The translations under genes and the position numbers were made by a program. A stretch of 64,000 nucleotides of DNA from a virus, in IMG/VR virus record IMGVR_UViG_3300009703_000016, positions 1,001 through 65,000 of that record. One strand, written 5' to 3'. Of the stretch, positions 1 to 10,100 are shown piece after piece. The stretch's first letter is position 1; each line of letters opens with the position of its first letter. The notes beneath the pieces were generated by a model that was not told the DNA's origin, did not search any database, and saw only the letters and a list, made by a program, of their open reading frames with translations.

Positions 1-2121
1 GTGAGCATTAGTAAGTGTCCCACTTGGAACTGAATTGATAGTATCGATATCAAATAGACCCTTTGAGGCATCTGGAATATCAATCAAGATCTCAATAGTG
101 TTACTAAAGATCGTAGTATTTGTACGTGTATTTAAGGTCTTAGCTCTCATTCTGACCTTTGTAGGTCCAACAATTAAATAAGATTTTTGAATAGAACTGG
201 CTGTAACATCAGGCAGTATACTGTCAAAAGTAACACCAGTACCACTATCAGTTATTGTAATAGAGGTAGGCTGTACAGGAACGATTGCAGGCACATCTCC
301 TGTGTGAGGATTGACCGCTAGTGGATCAATCTCAGACACAACAGTTTTCTTACCTGTGCGGAGATCCTCTTCTCCATACACGAGAGGGACAGCTAAGCTG
401 TGAACCTCGCGGTGCCATACTTCCCATTTGATTTGCTCTTCTACAGCTGAACCTAACCATGCAAAGTTTCCTGTTGGATCTAGGTCAAAATCAATTGAGG
501 GACCGTTAAAGTCTTCTTCTGTTAGGAATGTCTCATAGTAATTCTTTAGACCTGACTTCGGTATCCCAAGAATAAGATCCTCTCTAGCCACCTGGAATAA
601 GAAAAGAGTATCGCTAGCTGAGGAAGCCTGGAAGTCTGTCAAGAATAAGTCAGTTCCAGAAGCGGTGGAGGATACATCATCTGTTACCGCTCCTAACTGT
701 TCAATAGTACGAGGTGGATTGTAGAGAGTTCGGGCCTGCCCCCTGCCATTTGTAATAGCACTTGTGGACTGAGAAGAACCAAAGCTTCCTATCTCTACAT
801 CTAGTATTTCAAAGGTAACCTCTTGACCTTCAACTACTTCGTTATCTTTAGTAAGCGCTGTAGCTTGTATGGTTGCAAAGTTATTCCCTAGGAATAGTGG
901 ACCAAAGAAGTTTGTAGATATCTCAGGTAACAAAGCAGTAAGCTGAAGCTGACTAACATCTAGCACTCTATTACGGAGAAAGACAAAGCCGTCCCCAGTG
1001 AATCTCCTTACAGGGTTTAAGTCTGCATTTGAGTCCTGTACGTAGTCTCTAGAGTCTGTTGGTTCATACTCTAGTCCAATAGTTTTATGGTACCCAGCAC
1101 GTAAGTTAGATCCATATGGGGGTACACCACCTGATACTGTTGTGCCAAATGTAGCTAAGCCTAAGTCCCAGTCAATCTTTACTTGGTCTACTCCTGATAA
1201 AGTAAAGTCACTGACCACAGTGTAGATACGATGATCGCCACCCAGGAAGTCACTATACAATGTGAACGGGGCAGTTCTGTCTATAGGTGAATATGTAAAG
1301 TTGAACTGTTGATTATTAGTTCCGTCTGATACTCCAAGTGTATCTAGCTCATCAAGTTGTATACTGTCCAGTCCAGATGTGTTGACATAAAAATCACCTA
1401 TCTGATTTGAGACCTGTTGATTAAAGACAGCAGTCGGTGGGCTCGTTGTTGTATCTAAGTACCACTCCTCATCAGCAGTATTTACATTTTGCCAGAATAT
1501 AGAGCTACCATCCTGGGCATTTTGTTGACCAGAGGGCGTGAACTTTCCTGTGAACTCAACCATTTTCCTAACGTCTCTATCTGGCAAGTAGACACCATCA
1601 GTTCTGTTCCACTCATAGCCACGAGCTATTATTGGTGTACCTGTTTTTGGTACATAAGAAAGCTGTAGCAGGTTACCACCAGATGCCGTTATGCCAGTTG
1701 GCGGAGCAAGACCTGAGACTTGCACGACATCAATAACGCCATCGTCAGAATAAAGATAGAACTCTTCGTCTTCAGAATAGTAAAAGCCATGAAGAACTCT
1801 TGGTCTCCAGACGCTATCTGGTCCATCCTCTACTGACTGAATAGCTGTTACCAGTAGGTCGTTTCTATCTCCGATACCCGTAACCATATTGTCCTCTACA
1901 CCAGCCATCGATGGGTCCCAAAGGACAGGAACGAAATGGGCCTCATTGTCGTCTAGCTGACCACCCCATCTCCTATCATCAAAGGAGAAACCATCTATAG
2001 TTTTTCCGGTGGTAGGAAAGGGACTCTCATCAAAGGAAGAGGATAGCCCAACACTTGGGCCTTCAGCTCTTCGTTGATAAATAGCTATTTGTGTATCAAA
2101 AAGTTTTGTAAAAGCAGGCAT
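1..2121 (-). CDS. Large baseplate/tail-associated virion protein, 3'-truncated by the window edge (not in the ORF track)
   Basis: ATG at 2121, 2 nt after the TAA of the 2124-3056 gene. My manual translation stays open to base 1 (707 codons: MPAFTKLFDTQIAIY...). Contains an Ig/Big-1-like segment FATIQATALTKDNEVVEGQEVTFEI...AITNGRGQARTLYNPP. Confidence 0.7.
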   Translation of the reverse strand, partial: MPAFTKLFDTQIAIYQRRAEGPSVGLSSSFDESPFPTTGKTIDGFSFDDRRWGGQLDDNEAHFVPVLWDPSMAGVEDNMVTGIGDRNDLLVTAIQSVEDGPDSVWRPRVLHGFYYSEDEEFYLYSDDGVIDVVQVSGLAPPTGITASGGNLLQLSYVPKTGTPIIARGYEWNRTDGVYLPDRDVRKMVEFTGKFTPSGQQNAQDGSSIFWQNVNTADEEWYLDTTTSPPTAVFNQQVSNQIGDFYVNTSGLDSIQLDELDTLGVSDGTNNQQFNFTYSPIDRTAPFTLYSDFLGGDHRIYTVVSDFTLSGVDQVKIDWDLGLATFGTTVSGGVPPYGSNLRAGYHKTIGLEYEPTDSRDYVQDSNADLNPVRRFTGDGFVFLRNRVLDVSQLQLTALLPEISTNFFGPLFLGNNFATIQATALTKDNEVVEGQEVTFEILDVEIGSFGSSQSTSAITNGRGQARTLYNPPRTIEQLGAVTDDVSSTASGTDLFLTDFQASSASDTLFLFQVAREDLILGIPKSGLKNYYETFLTEEDFNGPSIDFDLDPTGNFAWLGSAVEEQIKWEVWHREVHSLAVPLVYGEEDLRTGKKTVVSEIDPLAVNPHTGDVPAIVPVQPTSITITDSGTGVTFDSILPDVTASSIQKSYLIVGPTKVRMRAKTLNTRTNTTIFSNTIEILIDIPDASKGLFDIDTINSVPSGTLTNAH

Positions 2122-2123
2122 TC

Positions 2124-3056
2124 TTATACACCAAAATACATAGGATAGACGGACATTAGTTCATTAATTATAAGAGCGCCTAGGTCTGTAGGAATACCAG
2201 AGGTCTGGCTTCCATCATAATTAACAGTTTGTGAGAAAAGTAATTCTTTAAAGATCTCTGATTGAAGGTCTCTGATTATAACAGGAGATGCTACTGGACT
2301 AAAAGAGGTTTCATGGAAATTATATCTAGCGCGAACACCTTCTGGTGGGACAGAAAAGGTTTTTATAACACCATTTACATAATCAACAAAGTAGCATCCT
2401 TGTGCAGTAACTTCGACTTCTGTATTTACCTCTTTATTGAAAGCTAATCTGTCTGTAAAAACCAGAGAGTTCTTCTCTATATTCTGATTAGGAAGAACCT
2501 GAATATTTGAATCTCTCAATAAGAAGTTGTTAACAATCTTAGAACTACTCTGGTTAATAATAGTATCAGATCTAGTAAAGGGTTCCTGACCTGATGCTAA
2601 TGTTAGATTAAAGTATGCCGACTCAGTATTAATCTTATTTACCAGATCACCCAGCCAGTAACCTTCTACTCCTGGAGTGGATCTGTTTATCTCCATCTCA
2701 AGTGTACTGGTTGCTTTGTTAGAATAAATGAAGACCTTATTCTCTATGAATTCAATAACAGGTTGAATATTTGTAGGAGTTGCAGAGTCAAGCTCAATAG
2801 TTATCGGCTTGGAATATTCTAATCCCAACTCTCTTGTCATAGCATTCAGTAGTCCTATATAAGTTGAACTTGCACGACGTGCGAAGACATCAAGCAGGCG
2901 CTTCTTGTAGGCATCATTCCTCTCTAGTGGTAGACGAGGCAGATTAAGAGCTACACCGTGACTGTCAAGTTCGTTGAAAACAGAAGATGCTACAGGTGTA
3001 CCCTTGATAGCTATTCCGCTTACTTCAAACTCATGTCCGATTAAAGATTCAGTCAT
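2124..3056 (-). CDS. Baseplate wedge/tail structural protein
   Basis: 310 aa. N-terminal ELDSHGVALNLPRLPLERNDAYKKRLL resembles the LDxxGxxxxxxRxxxExxxxYRxRI motif of baseplate wedge proteins. Lies downstream of baseplate J. Confidence 0.55.
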   Translation of the reverse strand: MTESLIGHEFEVSGIAIKGTPVASSVFNELDSHGVALNLPRLPLERNDAYKKRLLDVFARRASSTYIGLLNAMTRELGLEYSKPITIELDSATPTNIQPVIEFIENKVFIYSNKATSTLEMEINRSTPGVEGYWLGDLVNKINTESAYFNLTLASGQEPFTRSDTIINQSSSKIVNNFLLRDSNIQVLPNQNIEKNSLVFTDRLAFNKEVNTEVEVTAQGCYFVDYVNGVIKTFSVPPEGVRARYNFHETSFSPVASPVIIRDLQSEIFKELLFSQTVNYDGSQTSGIPTDLGALIINELMSVYPMYFGV

Positions 3057-4669
3057 TTAATAATCTTTACCTCACTATAGTTCTCATGAAAGATTATCTC
3101 TTTCGTATCGTAATCAATCAGCATTGTGTCATAGTGGGGTTCTAAGTGATGAACGCCACTATCTACATCTCTTACTAAGATGTGCTGTTGGTGATCGATA
3201 TCAACACCCGCAACTGTTGTACCTATAATATTAAACAAGTTGAACTCTGCAAGAGCTGTCTTGGAACTAACACGAACTATACGCTTATCTATCTCTGTGA
3301 GGTTTCCATTGAAGACGACTTCAAGAGTAAATATATGATCGCCTAATTCTGTTAATGTGAAATCAGTTGGAGATCTCAGTGATCTTGTTTCTATTATGTT
3401 GTTGACCCAGTAGTCTGTTGAAGTAGAAACTAAGGTTCCATCCTCCAGAACACCCATGGATACGCCATCAGGAAACTTAACCGTTAGGCGATGTTTTATA
3501 ACAGTACGAACTGGACGAACAAATCTCAGGTCTACCTCTACTTCCTCATCTCTTGTTATGTAGTCTCTCTGTGTCACTATTTGAACAAGAGGACTATTTG
3601 TTTTACCCACAAGTTCAGATTGAGATGGCTGGTCAAATTCAAGATCATACAATAGCAGACCAGACTCAGTGACAACCCATGCTCTTTGCATGAAAGGGAT
3701 AGGAGCAATATCAAGTGGGGTAATAACATTGTTACCACTGTCTAGTAGCTCCCACTCTCTATATGCCTCTCTGTCTGTTCTGTTTCTTAGTACATCAATA
3801 GCATGAGATGCTGCATAAGTTTCGCACTCTAGGAGCACAACATCTGATTGCCAACAAGATGTTCCAATTTTCCAGAAGGTAGAAAGATTGTCTCTACTAT
3901 GTTTGAATTGAGATATGTCTCCAAACGAATCCTTGTAGTCAACTTGGTTGAAGCCGTGTGACCATATTCTTACCTCTCCCGAAGCTGGGAAGTCAAGGGC
4001 CTGGACCTGATCAATTTCTTTCCAACCTTTCAGTGTTCTCTTTTTATCGTTATAGATAAAAGGAATCTCTTCTGCTTCTTCTGTATCTTTCCATGTTGTT
4101 CCTGAGATTCTAATCTTAGCCTGAAGGAAACCATCTTGCAGGTCTGGTCTTTCCTCCAGGAGAGAAACTCCTGATACCTCAACATATAAAGTGTTAGATA
4201 AGAATGGATTGTTTATGCCACTAAACGTGTACTCTTCACTATTGCTGTCTAACAATACGTGGTCGGTTCCAGAGTAAGTGGTCAGCAGGTTTAACCTGTC
4301 AGGTATCGCATCATACCAAAACTCTTTGATCGTTCCTGTTTCTGCTTCGTCTACTAGGTACCAAGTATTACCCACTAGTCCTGAGACAGTAGGGGCAAGT
4401 GACAGGGGCTGTAACTGGGTTGCGTTGTCTACGGAGAACTCAAATGTTTCAGGCAATTGAAACCTGTAAACAAGATCTATCTCTTGAGTATTAACAGTTG
4501 TCAGGGACGTGTTTGAGAAACCACGAAATAATTCTGTCTCTATAGTCTCAAGGTTACGACCGATTACATTCAGAAGACCTTGGCCTACTGACTGCTCATC
4601 TGTTCTAATCTTGCTCCAGTCAGGAAAACTGTTTGCAAGTTCTTGTGTAACCTTATACTTTTTTGCCAT
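3053..4669 (-). CDS. Baseplate wedge protein (gpI-like position)
   Basis: 538 aa, translationally coupled to baseplate J. N-terminus LANSFPDWSKIRTDEQSVGQGLLN. Assignment rests mainly on synteny. Confidence 0.45.
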   Translation of the reverse strand: MAKKYKVTQELANSFPDWSKIRTDEQSVGQGLLNVIGRNLETIETELFRGFSNTSLTTVNTQEIDLVYRFQLPETFEFSVDNATQLQPLSLAPTVSGLVGNTWYLVDEAETGTIKEFWYDAIPDRLNLLTTYSGTDHVLLDSNSEEYTFSGINNPFLSNTLYVEVSGVSLLEERPDLQDGFLQAKIRISGTTWKDTEEAEEIPFIYNDKKRTLKGWKEIDQVQALDFPASGEVRIWSHGFNQVDYKDSFGDISQFKHSRDNLSTFWKIGTSCWQSDVVLLECETYAASHAIDVLRNRTDREAYREWELLDSGNNVITPLDIAPIPFMQRAWVVTESGLLLYDLEFDQPSQSELVGKTNSPLVQIVTQRDYITRDEEVEVDLRFVRPVRTVIKHRLTVKFPDGVSMGVLEDGTLVSTSTDYWVNNIIETRSLRSPTDFTLTELGDHIFTLEVVFNGNLTEIDKRIVRVSSKTALAEFNLFNIIGTTVAGVDIDHQQHILVRDVDSGVHHLEPHYDTMLIDYDTKEIIFHENYSEVKIIK

Positions 4670-5883
4670 TAGTTCTTATCTAAAACTACAATGGGTATCT
4701 GAACTGATGGTTCAATAATAACTCTCTCCTCTGCGCTTGGTTGATAGTCGTTCAGAAGAGTTTGTTTAATACGATTGTCTTTTAGCTTTGTCTCCTTATA
4801 GATAGAGATATCATCGAATGCCTGTTGTGCTGTGCCGATGTTTAGTATTTGACTGCTTACTGCCATGACTCTTTCGATCGCTTCATTAACAAAAAAGCCC
4901 TCTCCAATGTCAAGGTTGTTTACATAATCTTGCAGGGCAGTTTGGATGTCAATCCTGACCTGGTCACGTACATCCTGTGTAGTATCTGTACGCCATGTTA
5001 CTGACACTTGAAAGGTTAGCCCACTTAAATCTGGAGCTTTTGCAAGCCCACTTATACCCTGAGCCTGAACTCTTTCTATAGCTTCTTGACATGCATTGAT
5101 TAACGGTTGTGGAGTGTTTGGGATAACAGCTTGAACTAGGATATCAAAACTTCCTATGCCACGAGCATAGGGTCTCGCAATTATATCAGATACCCCAGGG
5201 ACAGCGAAGACCGCAAGTCTTACTGACACTTCGTTAGCTTTTTCTGCTGCAGTAACCTGATTAGATAATCGGAATCTATAGTTAGTATCGTTCTCAATAG
5301 AAGAACCATTATCTATTAGCCCAGGATTATTAACTAATAGACCAGCAGCTGCTGTGTAGTTTGTGAAATCATGAAAGGTAAGTGTGTTTGTTCCTACGTT
5401 AGATGTGGACCCATCAGCTGTGGCTTCTACTGAAATCCATTGCTCCGCAGATAATCTGTTCAGGAACGTGCCTACGCTCACCCTGTATACAGTTCCAGAG
5501 TTGTTTATTCCAGTTGACACAAATGTTCCAGAAGGGATAAAGATATCTGTATTACTGTTGATATCTCCAAATGTTCCTGTTTCTACATAGAATCTAATTA
5601 GTTGGTCGGCCGCTGAAGCCCCTGCTCTGACTGCTGGAGCACGAGGAACTCCTAGCATATCTCCAAAATAGTCAAGAAATTGTCCTTCTGCAAAAGGTAA
5701 GAAGCCTCTAAGGAGATTTATATCAAACTCCTGATAGGCCTTATTTAGTTTTCTATTTACTACACGTAAGAGATTACGTGCCTTTCCACCCGGAGAGGTT
5801 CGTGTGATATTGGTTTCATTGATCAGCTCGTTTAGGGTTTCACCCTGTAAACGTTCAAATGATTTTTCAAATAAAAGTGGGAT
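4669..5883 (-). CDS. Baseplate J-like protein (about 404 aa, probable ATC start)
   Basis: J-like motifs: FLDYFGDMLGVPR, GGSSIENDTNYRFRL-type IDNGSSIENDTNYRFRL, AVPGVSD, RGIGSFDILV. The frame stays open 75 codons upstream of the track start (5658). AGGAGG lies 8 nt before an ATC at 5883. Confidence 0.8.
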   Translation of the reverse strand: MPLLFEKSFERLQGETLNELINETNITRTSPGGKARNLLRVVNRKLNKAYQEFDINLLRGFLPFAEGQFLDYFGDMLGVPRAPAVRAGASAADQLIRFYVETGTFGDINSNTDIFIPSGTFVSTGINNSGTVYRVSVGTFLNRLSAEQWISVEATADGSTSNVGTNTLTFHDFTNYTAAAGLLVNNPGLIDNGSSIENDTNYRFRLSNQVTAAEKANEVSVRLAVFAVPGVSDIIARPYARGIGSFDILVQAVIPNTPQPLINACQEAIERVQAQGISGLAKAPDLSGLTFQVSVTWRTDTTQDVRDQVRIDIQTALQDYVNNLDIGEGFFVNEAIERVMAVSSQILNIGTAQQAFDDISIYKETKLKDNRIKQTLLNDYQPSAEERVIIEPSVQIPIVVLDKN

Positions 5884-5895
5884 ACCAATCTCCTC

Positions 5896-6372
5896 CTATC
5901 GAGTTCCACGTTCGTCAAATCTACTACGATTATCCAGGTCTACATAGACACCCTTCTCTAAGTAATCATACAGGAATGTGGCACTAATTACAGTGCCAGA
6001 CTGTATTCTATTTTCTGCAGTAGCTAATACAGCTAAGCTTAATGAAATTAGCACCTTATAAATACTCACAGGTGTGACTCTGATTTCTACATCTGAAACA
6101 GAGACTAGCTGAGAAAGAGAGCTTTCTAATCTAATCTTAATATTCTCTGCTGTTTCTCTAGAGTTAGACTCTCCAACGAAGTCATCTAAATCTGCACCTA
6201 CTGTAATATCTTCTTTCCAGTCACCAAGACTAGATTTTACAATAGTAAACATTTCATTACGAATAGAGAGTAGTAGATCTTCTGAGGTGTCTTTTATGTC
6301 ACCCTGATTATCTAGTAGTAAGTCCCCATCCCAAGAGAAATCCAAATCCACTGAATCATAATTTCCTGCCAC
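5896..6372 (-). CDS. Baseplate wedge/sheath initiator, gp25-like
   Basis: 158 aa. DLDFSWDGDLLLDNQGDIK and LGDWKEDITVGADLDDFVGE pattern. Canonical position between spike and J. GTG start with GGAGTGA SD. Confidence 0.65.
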   Translation of the reverse strand: MAGNYDSVDLDFSWDGDLLLDNQGDIKDTSEDLLLSIRNEMFTIVKSSLGDWKEDITVGADLDDFVGESNSRETAENIKIRLESSLSQLVSVSDVEIRVTPVSIYKVLISLSLAVLATAENRIQSGTVISATFLYDYLEKGVYVDLDNRSRFDERGTR

Positions 6373-6378
6373 TTATAA

Positions 6379-6720
6379 TCACTCCAAGGATAGATCTACT
6401 GGAAGTAGAAGTGCTGCAAAGAACCCAACGTCTTGTGCAAGATCAAAGGCTACGTGGATAGGAGGTATGGATATCTTACCAGGAAGGGGCGTGACCTCAG
6501 TTGAAGGTAGGCTCTGTACAGGCTCAGGTAGGGAAACATAAGCACCGCCAGTTCTAATAGACTCAGAACCAGCGACTATAGATGTAGGACCATAGATGAC
6601 ATTGCCACCAGACCCTGTCTTAATAAAATTCTTCTTAGACCCAACCATCTGTACGCTTTCAGCCGCTACCGTCATTTGAGCTGTGCTTTCTGTAGTTAGC
6701 TTCCATATTTTAATAGTCAT
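6379..6720 (-). CDS. Putative spike tip/central spike C-terminal protein
   Basis: 113 aa, beta-strand and Pro-rich, between the spike-like and gp25-like genes. Synteny only. Confidence 0.35.
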   Translation of the reverse strand: MTIKIWKLTTESTAQMTVAAESVQMVGSKKNFIKTGSGGNVIYGPTSIVAGSESIRTGGAYVSLPEPVQSLPSTEVTPLPGKISIPPIHVAFDLAQDVGFFAALLLPVDLSLE

Positions 6721-6731
6721 TCCTATTCCTC

Positions 6732-7178
6732 CTATGATAATAAACCAAATGGTTCAAACGGTAACGATGATTGTGTATCCACATTACGATCTGGTATTTG
6801 ATCTCCGTTCTTCAGTGTCTCATCTTCTGTTGCTTCTGCCAAGACCTTTGCATATGCTTTACTTGATTCTCCTATTCCTCTCCATGTTATCTCTATTATC
6901 ATTCCTGCTTGAAGACCACCAAATCTCATTAGTAAGTCCAAAGGGGAATCTATGATAATAATCTCCCGGCCGTCACCCCAGAGTCTTCTTCCTTGTCCTA
7001 GCTTACTGACCCAGGCAGTACATGAGAGTGTACCCGTTTCTCTTGGATCTATCTTGTGTATAGTTCCTATTGCTTTTTTAGTACTACGGTTAGAGTCTTC
7101 ATCTAGCTTTCTTCTAGATGCCTCTCTCTCATGTTGAACTTTAGTAGTGAAACTAGATTGCCCTTTTGTACCTTTCAT
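6732..7178 (-). CDS. Putative central spike N-terminal (OB-fold-like) protein
   Basis: 148 aa directly downstream of the hub, with a beta-rich pattern (AIGTIHKID, AGMIIEITWRG). Synteny. Confidence 0.35.
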   Translation of the reverse strand: MKGTKGQSSFTTKVQHEREASRRKLDEDSNRSTKKAIGTIHKIDPRETGTLSCTAWVSKLGQGRRLWGDGREIIIIDSPLDLLMRFGGLQAGMIIEITWRGIGESSKAYAKVLAEATEDETLKNGDQIPDRNVDTQSSLPFEPFGLLS

Positions 7179-10100
7179 TATTGGTCACTCCTTATCTTAA
7201 ACTGACGTACGTTCTCTCCATTAAGTCTGCCTCTTGTTTCATGTAAGAGACCCTTGTCCCACTGTAGGGTTAGGGAGTCAACGCCCTCCATTAGACCAGT
7301 CATAGCATCTTTAGCTTCTCGTAGGAAACCCTTGGTGCTAAAGAAGTTCTTTCTCAAATGAATAGGACCGAACCCTGCTACCAGAGGCTTGCCCTGTTTA
7401 AACATAGGAACTACATGGATCGGATCGTCGAACTGAGTTCTAAATAGCATCCTCTTACCACCAAAGAAGTTTATTAAGTTTCCAGCAGCAGCAGCAAGTT
7501 GATAACTACCTGGCGTTGTTTGTGCACCATCAAGTGGGGTTCTACCAGGTGTAATTATTTTGTGATCAATCCCAGCAGTCTTACGTAGAAATACCTCTGC
7601 CATGAGAGCCATTGCTTGGTTTTGAGTTAGTCCGGTTCCTTCTGATGCGTATGCAACACAGTCTGGTGTTAGAACTGTAATGAACCCTGTCTCATGTGAG
7701 AAGTGATGACTAACACGACGTACCTGGAAAGGTCCAACCATATCAGTATAAGCATCATTTACATAACATATGTCATAGGGTTTTATGTCTGGATTCCCCA
7801 GAATAATAAGTTCCCCGCCATACGTCTGCCATACACCCTTCTGGAGTAGAGACACACAATAGTTCTTAGCCATTGCTTCCCCTAGACAATTAGGAAAGAT
7901 AACAAAGTTCTCTCTGATAAACTCATCGGGAATTGCTGGATCCAATTTCATAGTGATAGTTTCTGGATCATCTATCTCTATAGACAGGTCATCTCTAACT
8001 AGTTCAGATATTTGATTAGCCAATCCTGCTGTTGCATAGTTGGCAGCTTTGTCAAATATAGAAATGTCCTCATACTGAACAGTAACCGCATTGAAAGTGT
8101 TAGATGCTTTTGCTTTTAGATTATTAGCTACGATATGCATGTCACTAGTTAACAAATGATATTTTCTGAATGGCTGAATAGCTCCAGACTCTATAGCATC
8201 TTTAGCTAGCTCTGCATCAATGAAGGCATCAACAAGTGCACTAACTCGACCTTCTACCTTGAACTCTTGTTCCGAACTTCCACCTGTTAAGATATTAGTG
8301 TGAGAGGGGTTGCTAAAGGATTGCTTAAGACGAGAGAGTAACTCCTGTCTATTATCTAGCGTTACAGCAGAGTTGCTTAACAGTTCTTGAGCTGCCCCGA
8401 GAACTTTTCCACCTGTTCTGAACGTAGACAACAAGCTTTTCTTTTGTTCTTCTCTGTTTTGTTTGACAGTTGCAGACCTGCGATTCTCAGTAAGTGATGG
8501 ATCTCTACTATGGTAAAGCTGGTCTGGTAATCCAAAGAACATTGTCATACGTTTTTTAGAACCATTAGACTCAGAGTAGGGAACTGGAGATGCAATGTAT
8601 TCAGGGTGGCGTAATTCCATTTCTTTGAATACATCCCAAATTGTAGATTGATACATACGGTATGTAATCCTGTCGAATACAAATCCCGGATCAATAGCAT
8701 TCATTGCTTCGCCACTTGGTGCAAAGATATTATCTGATTGTGGACGTGGGTTCCATTGGAACCTGTTAGACAGTATGCCTCTGTTTTCATTGTTGATCTT
8801 ATTACCACGTTCCCATAGCCCAAAGCTTACGCACTCAGGAGATGCAATAAGGTTCTCAAGAAGAGGCCCAGTGTTGGCATCATTAAACAAGAAGCTGTTA
8901 AAGGAAACTGATTTATCTAAGCCCTTGATATCCTGAACAAGTTCAGTTGCAAGAGACTGGATCTCTACCTGAACGATATCTCCTGTCTCATCCCATTGAA
9001 CACCGACAATTCTACCTACGATTACATCAGTTAAATTATCTGGAGAATCACTGTATCCTAATCTAACTTCTACCTTGATACCTTCTCTTAGCATTAGCGA
9101 AGTTATCTGAGTTTCTTTTACAGTACCCCTTACGTTTGAATTAGTATTCTTAGTAGATAACTCGCCTCTTTTTAAAGCCTCATTCTCATAAAGTGTTCCT
9201 TGAAAATGTTTATTCGATAGCACTCCAGAGATATTAGTTAGGACTAGCTTACAATAATCAGCAGCCACCTCTCTGTCTCTGACGATGTCGCAAGAAACTA
9301 TAGACTGGTAGTTAAAGAACGCATCAAAAACCAAAACCTCTCTAGGGGAATCCTCTTCAATAAAAGCAAGATAGATACCAGGATAGGCTCTATTCATTCT
9401 GTATCCAGCATTCTTGTTCCAACTTCTAGACATAGATTTCATACTTTCTTCTAGAATAGTATTGCCTCTATCAGTAGGTGCTATGCCAGCAACATTAGTA
9501 ATTTCATGGCTAGTATCACCCCAAGAGATCAGGGAGACATCATAGATAGGATCATTTTCTCTGCTTTTTATTGGACCACGTGGTAACCAAGAACCAAATG
9601 GCCAAATGATATCGCCACTAGATGCGCCACGTCTAACCTCAAAATGTAGGTGTGGTGCCTTCGTTCCTGTGTTACCTACGAAACCTATCAGTTGTCCCTT
9701 CTTGACAATATCACCCTTGGCGTAGTCATCTGTGAAAGCTGCAAGGTGGTAGTATTTATGATGATAAATCTCACCGCCACTGACGGTCTTTATAACAACT
9801 TGATTACCAGTACCAAACCCAGTTCCACCCCATGTTCTTTTAGCGATAACTTCACCTTCAGCAGCAGCAAAGACAGGCTTACCGTTAACTGTACCCTTTG
9901 GTCTAAGAACGATATCTGTTCCCTTGTGATACTTACTACCATTTTTTACATTGCGTTCGCCAGGAGTGGAACTAATAAATACATTCCCCTCTATAGGCAT
10001 AATCCAAGCATCGCTAGAAAGAGACTCTTTAGCGTTAGCAGAGATAATTGTATTGGGTACGTGTACAACATAGTTCTTAGCATCTGCAAATTTAGACATT

